Assembly: GCF_020037015.1 (NCBI RefSeq)
Contig: NZ_JAIQDE010000007.1
Span: 179,886-243,885 of the forward strand
Length of the DNA: 64,000 nucleotides
Direction of reading: 5' to 3'
From: Corallococcus sp. AS-1-6
GTDB lineage: Bacteria; Myxococcota; Myxococcia; Myxococcales; Myxococcaceae
The notes under the pieces were generated by a model. It searched no databases and was not told the origin of the DNA. It saw nothing but the letters and a program-made list of their open reading frames with translations. Each line of letters starts with the position of its first letter. Position 1 is the first letter of the stretch. Shown piece by piece: positions 20,591-31,301 of the stretch. Position numbers and translations under genes: made by a program.

Positions 20591-22704
20591 GCATTGTTGA
20601 GCGCCTTCGCAAGCTTGAGTCGGCCGATTCGCTTACGTCAAACGACGTGTTTGATGCAATTTTTGCGGCTGGCTCCATTTTGAGTGGCGCTGATCGAGAG
20701 GCAGACAGCGCGCTCGAAATTGCAATAAGGCTACTTGAAGCCCGTCGAAAGGGGCAGTTGCCAGAAGGCTGTGAGGAAGCGGTTGAGTACTTGGCGGAAG
20801 AGTGTGGGCTTTATCCCTATGTTGACCCAAAGCATTTCGGGCACTTGACCAGATCGGTAATTGAAGCACATGCAATAGATCTCCGCGGGAAGGTCTATTT
20901 GCATTCAAAGCAGATGCAGGTTCTGTTGTGGCTGCTGTCTGGCGACAATGTTATACTCAGCGCCCCGACGAGTTTTGGGAAGAGTTTGTTGGTTGATGCT
21001 TTGCTGGCACGCTCGCGCCCGCATACCGTTGTGATGATTCTTCCGACAATTGCGTTGATTGATGAGGCTAGGCGGAGGTTGGCCGCAACGTTTGGTGAGT
21101 CGTATTTTGTCATCACCTCTGTGTCTGATGTGTATGATGGCGAGCGCCCAACAATCTTTGTGCTCACTCAGGAGCGGTTTCTTCAGCGCGATGATGTTGG
21201 CGATATTGATTTGCTTTTCATTGATGAGTTTTATAAGCTTGATCCTGATCGGCAGGATGGTCGCTATGAGACGCTAAATCTCGCTCTCTATAAGGCGCTG
21301 CCGCGAGCTCGCCAGTGCTTTATGGCTGGGCCTCACATTCAGACTATCGAGCTTGGGGAAAAGTGGGCGGGCAATTTCAGGTTTGTGAAAACTGACTACA
21401 GGACTGTGACTGTAAATATCATTGACAGAAGGGCTGGGGGCGAGAGGTTGGCGGTCTTTCTGTCGGATATTTCTGCTGTGGAAGGCCAGAGTTCACTGGT
21501 GTTTACTGCGTCGCCTGCTTCGGCCGAAACGCTCATGGGCGATATGTTGCAGCATGGAGTTAGTTATTTGTCGAGCTTTTCCAGTCTGCTCGGCGATTGG
21601 GTTGAACGCAATTATCATATGGGTTGGATAGTGGCCGAGGGGTGTCGACATGGTGTTGTTGTTCATCATGGTCGAGTGCCGAGAGCGCTGGGACAGTTAT
21701 TTGTTCAATTGTTTGACCGTGGTGATATAAAAATTCTGATTTGCACTTCCACTTTGATTGAGGGGGTGAATACTTCGGCGGCAAATGTGTTCGTTTATGA
21801 CAAAAAGATAAGTCGTACTGATTTTGATTTCTTTTCATTTGCGAATATTCGTGGCCGTGTTGGTCGGATGATGCGTCACTTTGTGGGTAATGCTTATCTG
21901 TATCATGAGCCGCCTAGCGAGGTTGAAACCCGTGTTGATGTTCCTGTGCTCTCAGATCCAGGGTTGTCGACTGATTTTCTTGTAATGAATGTTGAGTCCG
22001 AGGAGTTGTCGCCCATAGGGAGGGAACGGCAGAGAAGTTTGCCGATCTCGACAGGCTTATCGGAATCCGTCTTGCGCGAACATGGGGGGATGGGGGTTGA
22101 ATTGCTTGTTGATGTGTTTGAGCGAGTAAAGGAAGTTTTGCGCACAGATCCCGGGAAGCTCATTTGGGTGAGGCTTCCTAGTTTTGATCAGCGTAGAGTG
22201 ATTGCTGAGCTTGCTTTGCGTGTCACTCATGGGCGAAAGCAGCCTTCGGGTCTTCATTCTGGGCCGAGGGTGTCGTGGGCGTGGTCTCAGCTGCAGAAGC
22301 TGAATTCATTCTCGGCGTTCTTGAGTTGGTTTGTGACGACGTTTCATTCGGCGGAGACGGAAAAAGGGCTGGATGCGGCATTCCAGTTCTTGCAGGCATG
22401 CGAGTTTGCCTTCCCTCGGGCGATTGCCGCTATTGAGGCCCTGGTTATGCAAGTTGTCCCGCATGCGCAGGTGTCTTATGGTTTGTTTATTGCTGGTATG
22501 GAAAACTGGTTTCGGCCATCTTGGATGAAAGAGCTTGATGAGGCCGGCATACCGATTCCGCTAGCAGAACGGCTGCGAATGTTTATCGGACAGGTTGATG
22601 GTAAGAGCGAGGCTCTGAGTAGGTTGAAGGGGTTGGACTTGTCTGGTATTTCCGGACTGGATGCTGTGGACTTGTATGTGCTCAGGAGTGCGCTGGGTTC
22701 GTAG
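20587..22704 (+). CDS. HamB-like superfamily-2 DExx-box helicase
   Basis: 705 aa. Motif I is APTSFGKSLL, motif II is LLFIDEFYKLD and motif VI is FANIRGRVGRMMR. It has a helicase-C core (ICTSTLIEGVN). It is low GC and translationally coupled to the upstream gene. Confidence 0.7.
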   Translation: MSIVERLRKLESADSLTSNDVFDAIFAAGSILSGADREADSALEIAIRLLEARRKGQLPEGCEEAVEYLAEECGLYPYVDPKHFGHLTRSVIEAHAIDLRGKVYLHSKQMQVLLWLLSGDNVILSAPTSFGKSLLVDALLARSRPHTVVMILPTIALIDEARRRLAATFGESYFVITSVSDVYDGERPTIFVLTQERFLQRDDVGDIDLLFIDEFYKLDPDRQDGRYETLNLALYKALPRARQCFMAGPHIQTIELGEKWAGNFRFVKTDYRTVTVNIIDRRAGGERLAVFLSDISAVEGQSSLVFTASPASAETLMGDMLQHGVSYLSSFSSLLGDWVERNYHMGWIVAEGCRHGVVVHHGRVPRALGQLFVQLFDRGDIKILICTSTLIEGVNTSAANVFVYDKKISRTDFDFFSFANIRGRVGRMMRHFVGNAYLYHEPPSEVETRVDVPVLSDPGLSTDFLVMNVESEELSPIGRERQRSLPISTGLSESVLREHGGMGVELLVDVFERVKEVLRTDPGKLIWVRLPSFDQRRVIAELALRVTHGRKQPSGLHSGPRVSWAWSQLQKLNSFSAFLSWFVTTFHSAETEKGLDAAFQFLQACEFAFPRAIAAIEALVMQVVPHAQVSYGLFIAGMENWFRPSWMKELDEAGIPIPLAERLRMFIGQVDGKSEALSRLKGLDLSGISGLDAVDLYVLRSALGS

Positions 22705-22756
22705 ATTGGTGGATGTTGACTGTTTGATTCGTACGCCAGCGACTTGCCACAGCACG

Positions 22757-22800
22757 AAAACGCCGCCTCGCTTCCGGAGGACCGGAAACGGGCGGCGTTT
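22757..22800. terminator. GC-rich stem-loop between the convergent helicase and ABC-F genes (bidirectional terminator candidate)
   Basis: AAACGCCGCC ... GGCGGCGTTT is a perfect 10-bp inverted repeat with a nested CTTCCGG/CCGGAAG stem. It sits directly after both stop codons. Confidence 0.45.
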
Positions 22801-22825
22801 GCACTGCCTCGAATGACTGTGCCGA

Positions 22826-25830
<3,005 letters not shown>

Positions 25831-25962
25831 AGTCCGGGCGCGTGGCCCGCCGGCCGCCCTCCGGCCGGGTTGTGACGGGCGCCACGCGAACAGCGGTGCG
25901 CGGGGACGTGGCGGGTTAGCCTGCGGTGCCCGGGCCGTGTTGCCCGGCGCCCTCTCCGCCGC

Positions 25963-27147
25963 ATGGACCCGCGCGTCGCCACCCTCCTGAGTCACGTCCG
26001 CGCGAACGCGGAGAACCGGCCCGGCGTGTACCGGTTCTTCGGTCCCGCCGGGGAGCTGCTCTACGTGGGCAAGTCCGTGCGGGTGCGCACGCGGCTGTTG
26101 TCGTACTTCCGCGCGGACGAGGGCGAGAAGGCCTGGGAGATCGTCGCCCAGGCGCACCAGGTGGAGTGGGAGTACACGGCCAGCGAGTTCGCGGCGCTCC
26201 TGCATGAGTTCCGCCTCATCAAGAGCCACCGGCCCCTCTACAACGTGGAGCACAAGCGCGACCGCGCGCACTGCTTCCTCCAGCTCACGCGAGAGGCCGT
26301 GCCCCGGCTGCGCGTGGTGGGCCAGCCCGGCGGCGGCGGGAGCGCGGAGTACTTCGGGCCCTTCCACGGCCGGCACACCATGGCGGACGTGGTGCGCGCG
26401 GTGAACGACCTGCTGGAGCTGCGCGACTGCCCGTCGGAGACGCCCATGCGGCTGGCGGATCAGATCCAGCTCTTCCCGCTGAAGGATGATCCGCGGTGCA
26501 TGCGCGGACAGACGGCGCGGTGCCTCTCGCCGTGCGCGGGCGGGTGCACGACGGCGGAGTACCTGGCGCAGGTCGCGCTGGCTCGGGCGTTTCTCAACGG
26601 CGAGTCGGACCGGCCGCTCGTCATCCTGCGTGAGCGCATGGCGATGGCGGCGCGGCGGCTCCAGTTCGAATACGCGGCGGAGCTGCGCGACCGCGCGGAG
26701 CGGCTGGAGAACGTGCAGGCGTGGATCGTCGAGCTGGGGCGCACGCTGCGGCGGCTGTCGCTGATCTACACGGCGCGCGGATATGACGGTGAGGACCGCA
26801 CGTATGTCCTCAGGCGGGGGCGGATCCGCGCGGAGGTCCCCACGCCCCGGACGCTGGAGGAGCAGGCGGCGCTGGACGCGCGCGTGCGGGCCATCTTCGA
26901 CGTGCCGGAGCCGGAGGCGATTGGCCTCCGCGCGCAGGAGGCCCAGGAGGTGATGCTGGTCGCGAAGTGGTTTCGCCTGCATCCGGACGAACTGGATGCG
27001 ACGGTGCCTCCTCCGGCGCGGGCCGGGAGCGATGAGCCCTTCGAAGAGGCGGCGGAGGCACGGGCTGCGCTCGCTCGCACGTTGGAGCGCACCGTGGAGG
27101 GGCCGGAGGAACCAGAGCCCGAGGGTGCCGCTGAGCCGGCGGGGTGA
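25963..27147 (+). CDS. GIY-YIG nuclease + UVR domain protein (UvrC N-terminal-half homolog)
   Basis: It has a GIY-YIG motif (GVYRFFGPAGELLYVGKS), a Cys cluster and a UVR motif (RLQFEYAAELRDRAERLE). The RNaseH/HhH C-terminal half of UvrC is absent. Confidence 0.65.
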   Translation: MDPRVATLLSHVRANAENRPGVYRFFGPAGELLYVGKSVRVRTRLLSYFRADEGEKAWEIVAQAHQVEWEYTASEFAALLHEFRLIKSHRPLYNVEHKRDRAHCFLQLTREAVPRLRVVGQPGGGGSAEYFGPFHGRHTMADVVRAVNDLLELRDCPSETPMRLADQIQLFPLKDDPRCMRGQTARCLSPCAGGCTTAEYLAQVALARAFLNGESDRPLVILRERMAMAARRLQFEYAAELRDRAERLENVQAWIVELGRTLRRLSLIYTARGYDGEDRTYVLRRGRIRAEVPTPRTLEEQAALDARVRAIFDVPEPEAIGLRAQEAQEVMLVAKWFRLHPDELDATVPPPARAGSDEPFEEAAEARAALARTLERTVEGPEEPEPEGAAEPAG

Positions 27148-27307
27148 TGACGCCGGACATCACCCCGCGCACGGCTGTCATCAGGGGCGCGGACCTGCGC
27201 TGAGGAGGTCAGGCTGGAAAGACAGGGGTTTGGCGTTCGCCCCGGGCGCTGGCACGCGCCGTGCTGAAGTGACAGGCATCCCCGCTGTTCCTTCGAGGCC
27301 CTGTCCC

Positions 27308-28009
27308 ATGGCGATCTCCTCCCTGCGTCCGTCCTCCAGCCCGTGCGCGAAGCCCTCTCCCGAAGCCGCGCAGGCCCCGCGGAACGTCGTGGTGAAGGTC
27401 GTCAACCCGGATGGCTCGCACGTGAAGACGGTGGACTCCGCGAAGCAGCCCCAGGAGTTCGCGAAGCTGCTGAAGGACATGGGCCTGACGAAGGAGGCCC
27501 TGCTGAAGGGCGAGGGCGCGAAGAGCCACTGTCCGAAGCCCACCGGCTCGCAGAGCTTCCAGAACAACTGGAACCGCGACAGCTTCGAGCCGTCCAAGGC
27601 GCAGGGCGCGAAGGGCCCGTCCTCTGGCAAGAGCGCGGATGCGGTGGCCCAGGACATCGCGAAGGAGGCCACGTCCTGGAAGTATGACTATTCGGGCGGC
27701 AAGTCGTGGGATGCCGCCATGAAGAACGCCGGCAACTTCGACGCGTCCAAGTCCGGCGTCTGCGTGGACATGGCCATCGAGGCCGAGCAGCGCTTCGAGC
27801 AGGCCGGCGTGGACGCGCAGGTCGTCTTCGGCAATACGGACCAGGGCCTTCATGCGTGGGTGGAGTTCAAGGACGACAAGGGCCAGTTCCAGGCCTTCGA
27901 CCCCACCGCCGCGGCCTGCACCAAGAAGGCCGACGACGCCATCACCCCGTATGACGGCGGCGCCTACAAGTACCAGGGCGTCACGGAGACCCACCAGGCC
28001 GTGGGCTGA
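27308..28009 (+). CDS. Hypothetical protein, possible transglutaminase-like Cys/His/Asp core
   Basis: 233 aa. It has a low-complexity N-terminus, then GVCVDMA ... HAWVEF ... FDP in the C/H/D order of transglutaminase-like cysteine peptidases. The 3' end overlaps the convergent acetyltransferase by 29 nt. Confidence 0.35.
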   Translation: MAISSLRPSSSPCAKPSPEAAQAPRNVVVKVVNPDGSHVKTVDSAKQPQEFAKLLKDMGLTKEALLKGEGAKSHCPKPTGSQSFQNNWNRDSFEPSKAQGAKGPSSGKSADAVAQDIAKEATSWKYDYSGGKSWDAAMKNAGNFDASKSGVCVDMAIEAEQRFEQAGVDAQVVFGNTDQGLHAWVEFKDDKGQFQAFDPTAAACTKKADDAITPYDGGAYKYQGVTETHQAVG

Positions 28010-28580
28010 GGTTCCGGATGACGCGACAGGGATTGCCGGCGGCGAAGACATACGGGGGGATGTCCCGCGTCACCACGCTCCCCGCGCCGATGGTGGTCCC
28101 CTCGCCGATGGTGACGCCCGGGCAGATGATGGACCCGCCGCCAATCCACACCTTGGCGCCGATGGTGATGGCGCGGCCCAGCTCCGGACCCTTGATGCGC
28201 TCATCCGGATCCAGGGGATGCGTGGCCGCGTACACCTGCACGCCCGGGCCGAAGGACACGTCGTCGCCAATCGTCACCGTGTTGCAGTCCAGGATGACGC
28301 AGTTGAAGTTCATGAAGACGCGCTCACCCAGCCGGATGTGCTCGCCGTAGTCGCAGAGGAACGGCGGTTCGATCCACGTCCCGGCGCCCACCTTGCCCAG
28401 AAGCTCGGCGAGCAGGCTCTCCCGCAGCGGCAGTGCGTCCTCGGTGGACTGGTTGTAGGCGCGCAGGAGCTTCCGGGCGCGGATCCGCTCGGCCACCAGT
28501 TGCGGGTCGGTGGCGCTGTACAGCTCGCCCGCGAGCATCTTCTCTTTCTCGGTTCGTGCCATGCCCTGAAGGTTAGTCAT
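27981..28580 (-). CDS. Hexapeptide-repeat sugar O-acetyltransferase (maltose/galactoside acetyltransferase family)
   Basis: EKEKMLAGELY is the N-terminal motif. Left-handed beta-helix repeats are present (IGDDVSFGPGVQVY, IGAKVWIGGGSII). Confidence 0.8.
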   Translation of the reverse strand: MTNLQGMARTEKEKMLAGELYSATDPQLVAERIRARKLLRAYNQSTEDALPLRESLLAELLGKVGAGTWIEPPFLCDYGEHIRLGERVFMNFNCVILDCNTVTIGDDVSFGPGVQVYAATHPLDPDERIKGPELGRAITIGAKVWIGGGSIICPGVTIGEGTTIGAGSVVTRDIPPYVFAAGNPCRVIRNLSPRPGGSP

Positions 28581-28657
28581 CCGTTCTCCTGGATGGTGAA
28601 CAGCCCGCCTCCCGGCTGCGCGGACACGGGTGACACCGGACGGCGCGGCCAGCGAGG

Positions 28658-29440
28658 ATGCCGGCCATGAGGACTGAGCGGGTCGAGGAGACGCTGGAGC
28701 GCATCCGTCGCGAGGTGGAGCGGACGCCGGACGGCGTGCTGGCCTTCGATGGCGACGGCACGCTGTGGAGCGGGGACGTGGGGGACGACCTGTTCATGGC
28801 CCTGCTGGAGCACGGCGGCGTGCTCCCCGAAGCGCGCGAGGCCCTGGAGTCGCTGGGGGCCCGCCATGGCGTGGAGGGGCATCCGGACGCGGTGACGCTG
28901 GCGCACGCGCTGTTCAAGGCGTTCGAGGCCGGGCGGCTGCCGGAGAAGGACACCTACGAGATGATGGCGTGGATCTTCGCCGGCTGGCACGCGGAGGAGC
29001 TGCGCGGCTTCGCCCACGACGTGGTGGCCCGGCGGGGCGTGGCCGGCCGCGTCCACCCGGAGGCCCGCCGCGTGGTGGAGTGGGCCCGGGGGCAGGGCGT
29101 GGACTGCTACGTGGTCAGCGCGTCACCGCGCGCGGTGGTGGAGGCCGCCGTGCGCGAGGTGGGCATCCCGCCGGACTTCGTGGTGGCGTGCACGCCGAAG
29201 GAGCAGGGCGGACGGCTGCTGACGTCCGTCTTCGAGCCCGTGCCCTACGGCCCCGGCAAGGTGAACAGCCTGAGGCTGCGGACGGACCGGCCGCTCTACG
29301 CGGCGTTCGGAGACAACGTGTTCGACCTGGAGCTGCTCGCGGCCTCCCGCGTCCCGGTGGCCATCCGGCCCAAGGCGCGGCTGCGCGACCGTGCGGCGGA
29401 GCTGCCCGCGCTGGTGCAACTGCACCCCGAAGAGGCCTGA
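28658..29440 (+). CDS. HAD-superfamily hydrolase (subfamily IB-like)
   Basis: Motif I is the DxD (AFDGDGTLW). A GDN motif lies near the C-terminus (AFGDNVFD). Confidence 0.7.
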   Translation: MPAMRTERVEETLERIRREVERTPDGVLAFDGDGTLWSGDVGDDLFMALLEHGGVLPEAREALESLGARHGVEGHPDAVTLAHALFKAFEAGRLPEKDTYEMMAWIFAGWHAEELRGFAHDVVARRGVAGRVHPEARRVVEWARGQGVDCYVVSASPRAVVEAAVREVGIPPDFVVACTPKEQGGRLLTSVFEPVPYGPGKVNSLRLRTDRPLYAAFGDNVFDLELLAASRVPVAIRPKARLRDRAAELPALVQLHPEEA

Positions 29441-29446
29441 CGCGAA

Positions 29447-29521
29447 ACGGGCGTGGAGGAAGCCTCCACGCCCGTCTCACTGAAACCTCACGCGCCGCTT
29501 CGTGGGGGACCACGAAGCGGC
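29447..29521. terminator. Two GC-rich hairpins between the convergent HAD and OmpA genes
   Basis: ACGGGCGTGGAGG-aagc-CTCCACGCCCGT (13 bp) and GCCGCTTCGTGG-gggac-CACGAAGCGGC (11-12 bp) are both perfect stems. Confidence 0.4.
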
Positions 29522-29543
29522 GTCATGTCGGGCCCCGCGAGGG

Positions 29544-31298
29544 TCAGCCCCCCGTCACGGGGATGAACTCCACGCGGCGGTTCGCGCTGCGGCCCTCTGG
29601 CGTCTCGTTGGACACGCGCGGACGGTCGGGGCCGTAGCCCTTCGCCTCCAGCCGCGAGCCCGCGATGCCCTTCTGGATGAGGTACGCGCGCACGCGGTTC
29701 GCGCGCTGGTGGCTCAGCGTGCGGTTGGCCTCCTCCGGGCCGCTGTTGTCCGTGTGGCCTTCGATCCGGACCTTCAGCTTCGGGTTCGCCTTCAGGTAGG
29801 CCACGATGTCATCCAGTTGCTGCTGCTCGTTCTCCTGGAACTCCGACTGGTTCACCTGGAACTGGACGATGTGCTCCAGCGGCGACTTCGTCTCCTCCGC
29901 GGGCTGCTCCTCGGGAGGCGGCTGGGGCTTGGGCTCCTCGGGCTTGGGCTGCGGCTTCGCGGGGCAGCCACGCTCGGACGCGGGGCCCGCCTCGTTCGGG
30001 CAGGCGTCGTCCTTGTCCGGCACGCCGTCGCCATCCGTGTCCTTCACCGGGCAGCCGCGCTCGGAAGACGGACCGGCCTCGTTCGGGCAGGCGTCGTCCT
30101 TGTCCGGCACGCCGTCACCATCCGTGTCCTTCACGGGGCAGCCGCGCTCGGAAGACGGACCGGCTTCGTTCGGGCACTGGTCCTCGCGGTCCACCACGCC
30201 GTCGCCGTCCGTGTCCTTGTCCGGGCAGCCGTTGTTCTCCACGGAGCCGCCCTCCAGCGGGCAGCGGTCGTCCTTGTTGGCCACGCCGTCGCCGTCGTCG
30301 TCCTCGTTGGGGCACTGCTCCGGCGTGTGGCTGCGGCCCGTGCGGCAGCGGTCCACGGGCTCGGGCTCGTTCGCGTACGCGATGCCCGCGGCCAGCCGGA
30401 ACGACGGCGTGCCCGGGATGTCCGTGAAGCCGTGCCCGCCGAGCGCGAAGGCCTCGAAGCCCGCGCCCACCGGCAGCCGCACGCCGCCCAGCAGCTCCAG
30501 CGCCACGTCCGACTCCACGAGCGACTCGGCGGCCTGCAGCGCGACTTCGGCGCGCAGCCCCTTGCCGCGCGTGGCCACCACCACGCCCTGCTCCAGCTCC
30601 GTGCCGACGTCGCGGCCCGGCTCGACCTCCTTGGAGCGGATCCGGATGCCCGCGTTGGCGCCCAGCACCACGGGGCCCACCTCGCGGCTGATGGACACGC
30701 GGGGCGCGAACTGGAACCCGGCCCAGCCCGCCTGACGGCCGAACGCGTCCGCCGTGCCTCCCGGAATCCCGATGTCCAGGCCCAGGCCCAGGAACACCGG
30801 CGCGCCTTCCTCGCGCCGCAGCAGCTCGTAGCGCACGCCCAGCTCCGGCGTGCCCAGGCCGAACGAGTCCGGCTCGCTCACGCCCACCAACTGCTCCGCG
30901 CCGTGACCGCCCTGCGCGATGATGACGGGCAGCTTCGCGGAGAACTCCAACCGGTCCACCGGCGACCACGCGCCGGCCAGCCAGCCCGCGGTGCGGTAGT
31001 GGAGGATGGAGCGCTCCAGCCCGTCACTGCCCTGGAGCAGCAGGATGCCGCGCTCGTAGTTGACCATGAGGAGCAGGCGGTAGCCGCCCTCGGGGAGCAC
31101 GCGGCCGGTGTCCACCAGCATCGAGTCCGTCGCCGCCGGCGTGAAGCGCAGGCGCTCCAGGTCCAGCGGGACGAGCGGGCTCGTAGGGGTCTGCGCGAAC
31201 GCGGCGGGGGTGACGGCGGTGGCCAGCAGCGCGGCCAGCGCCCAGCTCTTTGCCTTCATACGCAAGGGGAGGTCCATTCGAGAAAAGAGGGAGCGCAT
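29544..31298 (-). CDS. OmpA-family outer-membrane protein with thrombospondin type-3 (calcium-binding) repeats
   Basis: It has a signal peptide and a beta-rich N-terminal half. Repeated DTDGDGVPDKDDACPNE units are TSP3. The C-terminus is an OmpA-like domain (RIEGHTDNSG...NRRVEF). Confidence 0.8.
   Translation of the reverse strand: MRSLFSRMDLPLRMKAKSWALAALLATAVTPAAFAQTPTSPLVPLDLERLRFTPAATDSMLVDTGRVLPEGGYRLLLMVNYERGILLLQGSDGLERSILHYRTAGWLAGAWSPVDRLEFSAKLPVIIAQGGHGAEQLVGVSEPDSFGLGTPELGVRYELLRREEGAPVFLGLGLDIGIPGGTADAFGRQAGWAGFQFAPRVSISREVGPVVLGANAGIRIRSKEVEPGRDVGTELEQGVVVATRGKGLRAEVALQAAESLVESDVALELLGGVRLPVGAGFEAFALGGHGFTDIPGTPSFRLAAGIAYANEPEPVDRCRTGRSHTPEQCPNEDDDGDGVANKDDRCPLEGGSVENNGCPDKDTDGDGVVDREDQCPNEAGPSSERGCPVKDTDGDGVPDKDDACPNEAGPSSERGCPVKDTDGDGVPDKDDACPNEAGPASERGCPAKPQPKPEEPKPQPPPEEQPAEETKSPLEHIVQFQVNQSEFQENEQQQLDDIVAYLKANPKLKVRIEGHTDNSGPEEANRTLSHQRANRVRAYLIQKGIAGSRLEAKGYGPDRPRVSNETPEGRSANRRVEFIPVTGG
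29960..30230. repeat. Three tandem copies of an 87-bp unit inside the OmpA-TSP3 gene (encodes ERGCPVKDTDGDGVPDKDDACPNEAGPSS)
   Basis: Near-identical DNA units are visible from 29960. The third copy is diverging. Confidence 0.6.
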
Positions 31299-31301
31299 GT
31301 C

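Noticed and set aside
19613-22825. Prophage or integrative element interpretation of the low-GC island
   Set aside because: There is no integrase, recombinase, tRNA target or flanking direct repeats visible. Only the two defence-like genes and a terminator are present.
29960-30230. Possible CRISPR-like periodicity from the 87-bp repeats
   Set aside because: The repeats are directly tandem with no spacers and sit inside a coding frame encoding TSP3 units. No cas genes are present.
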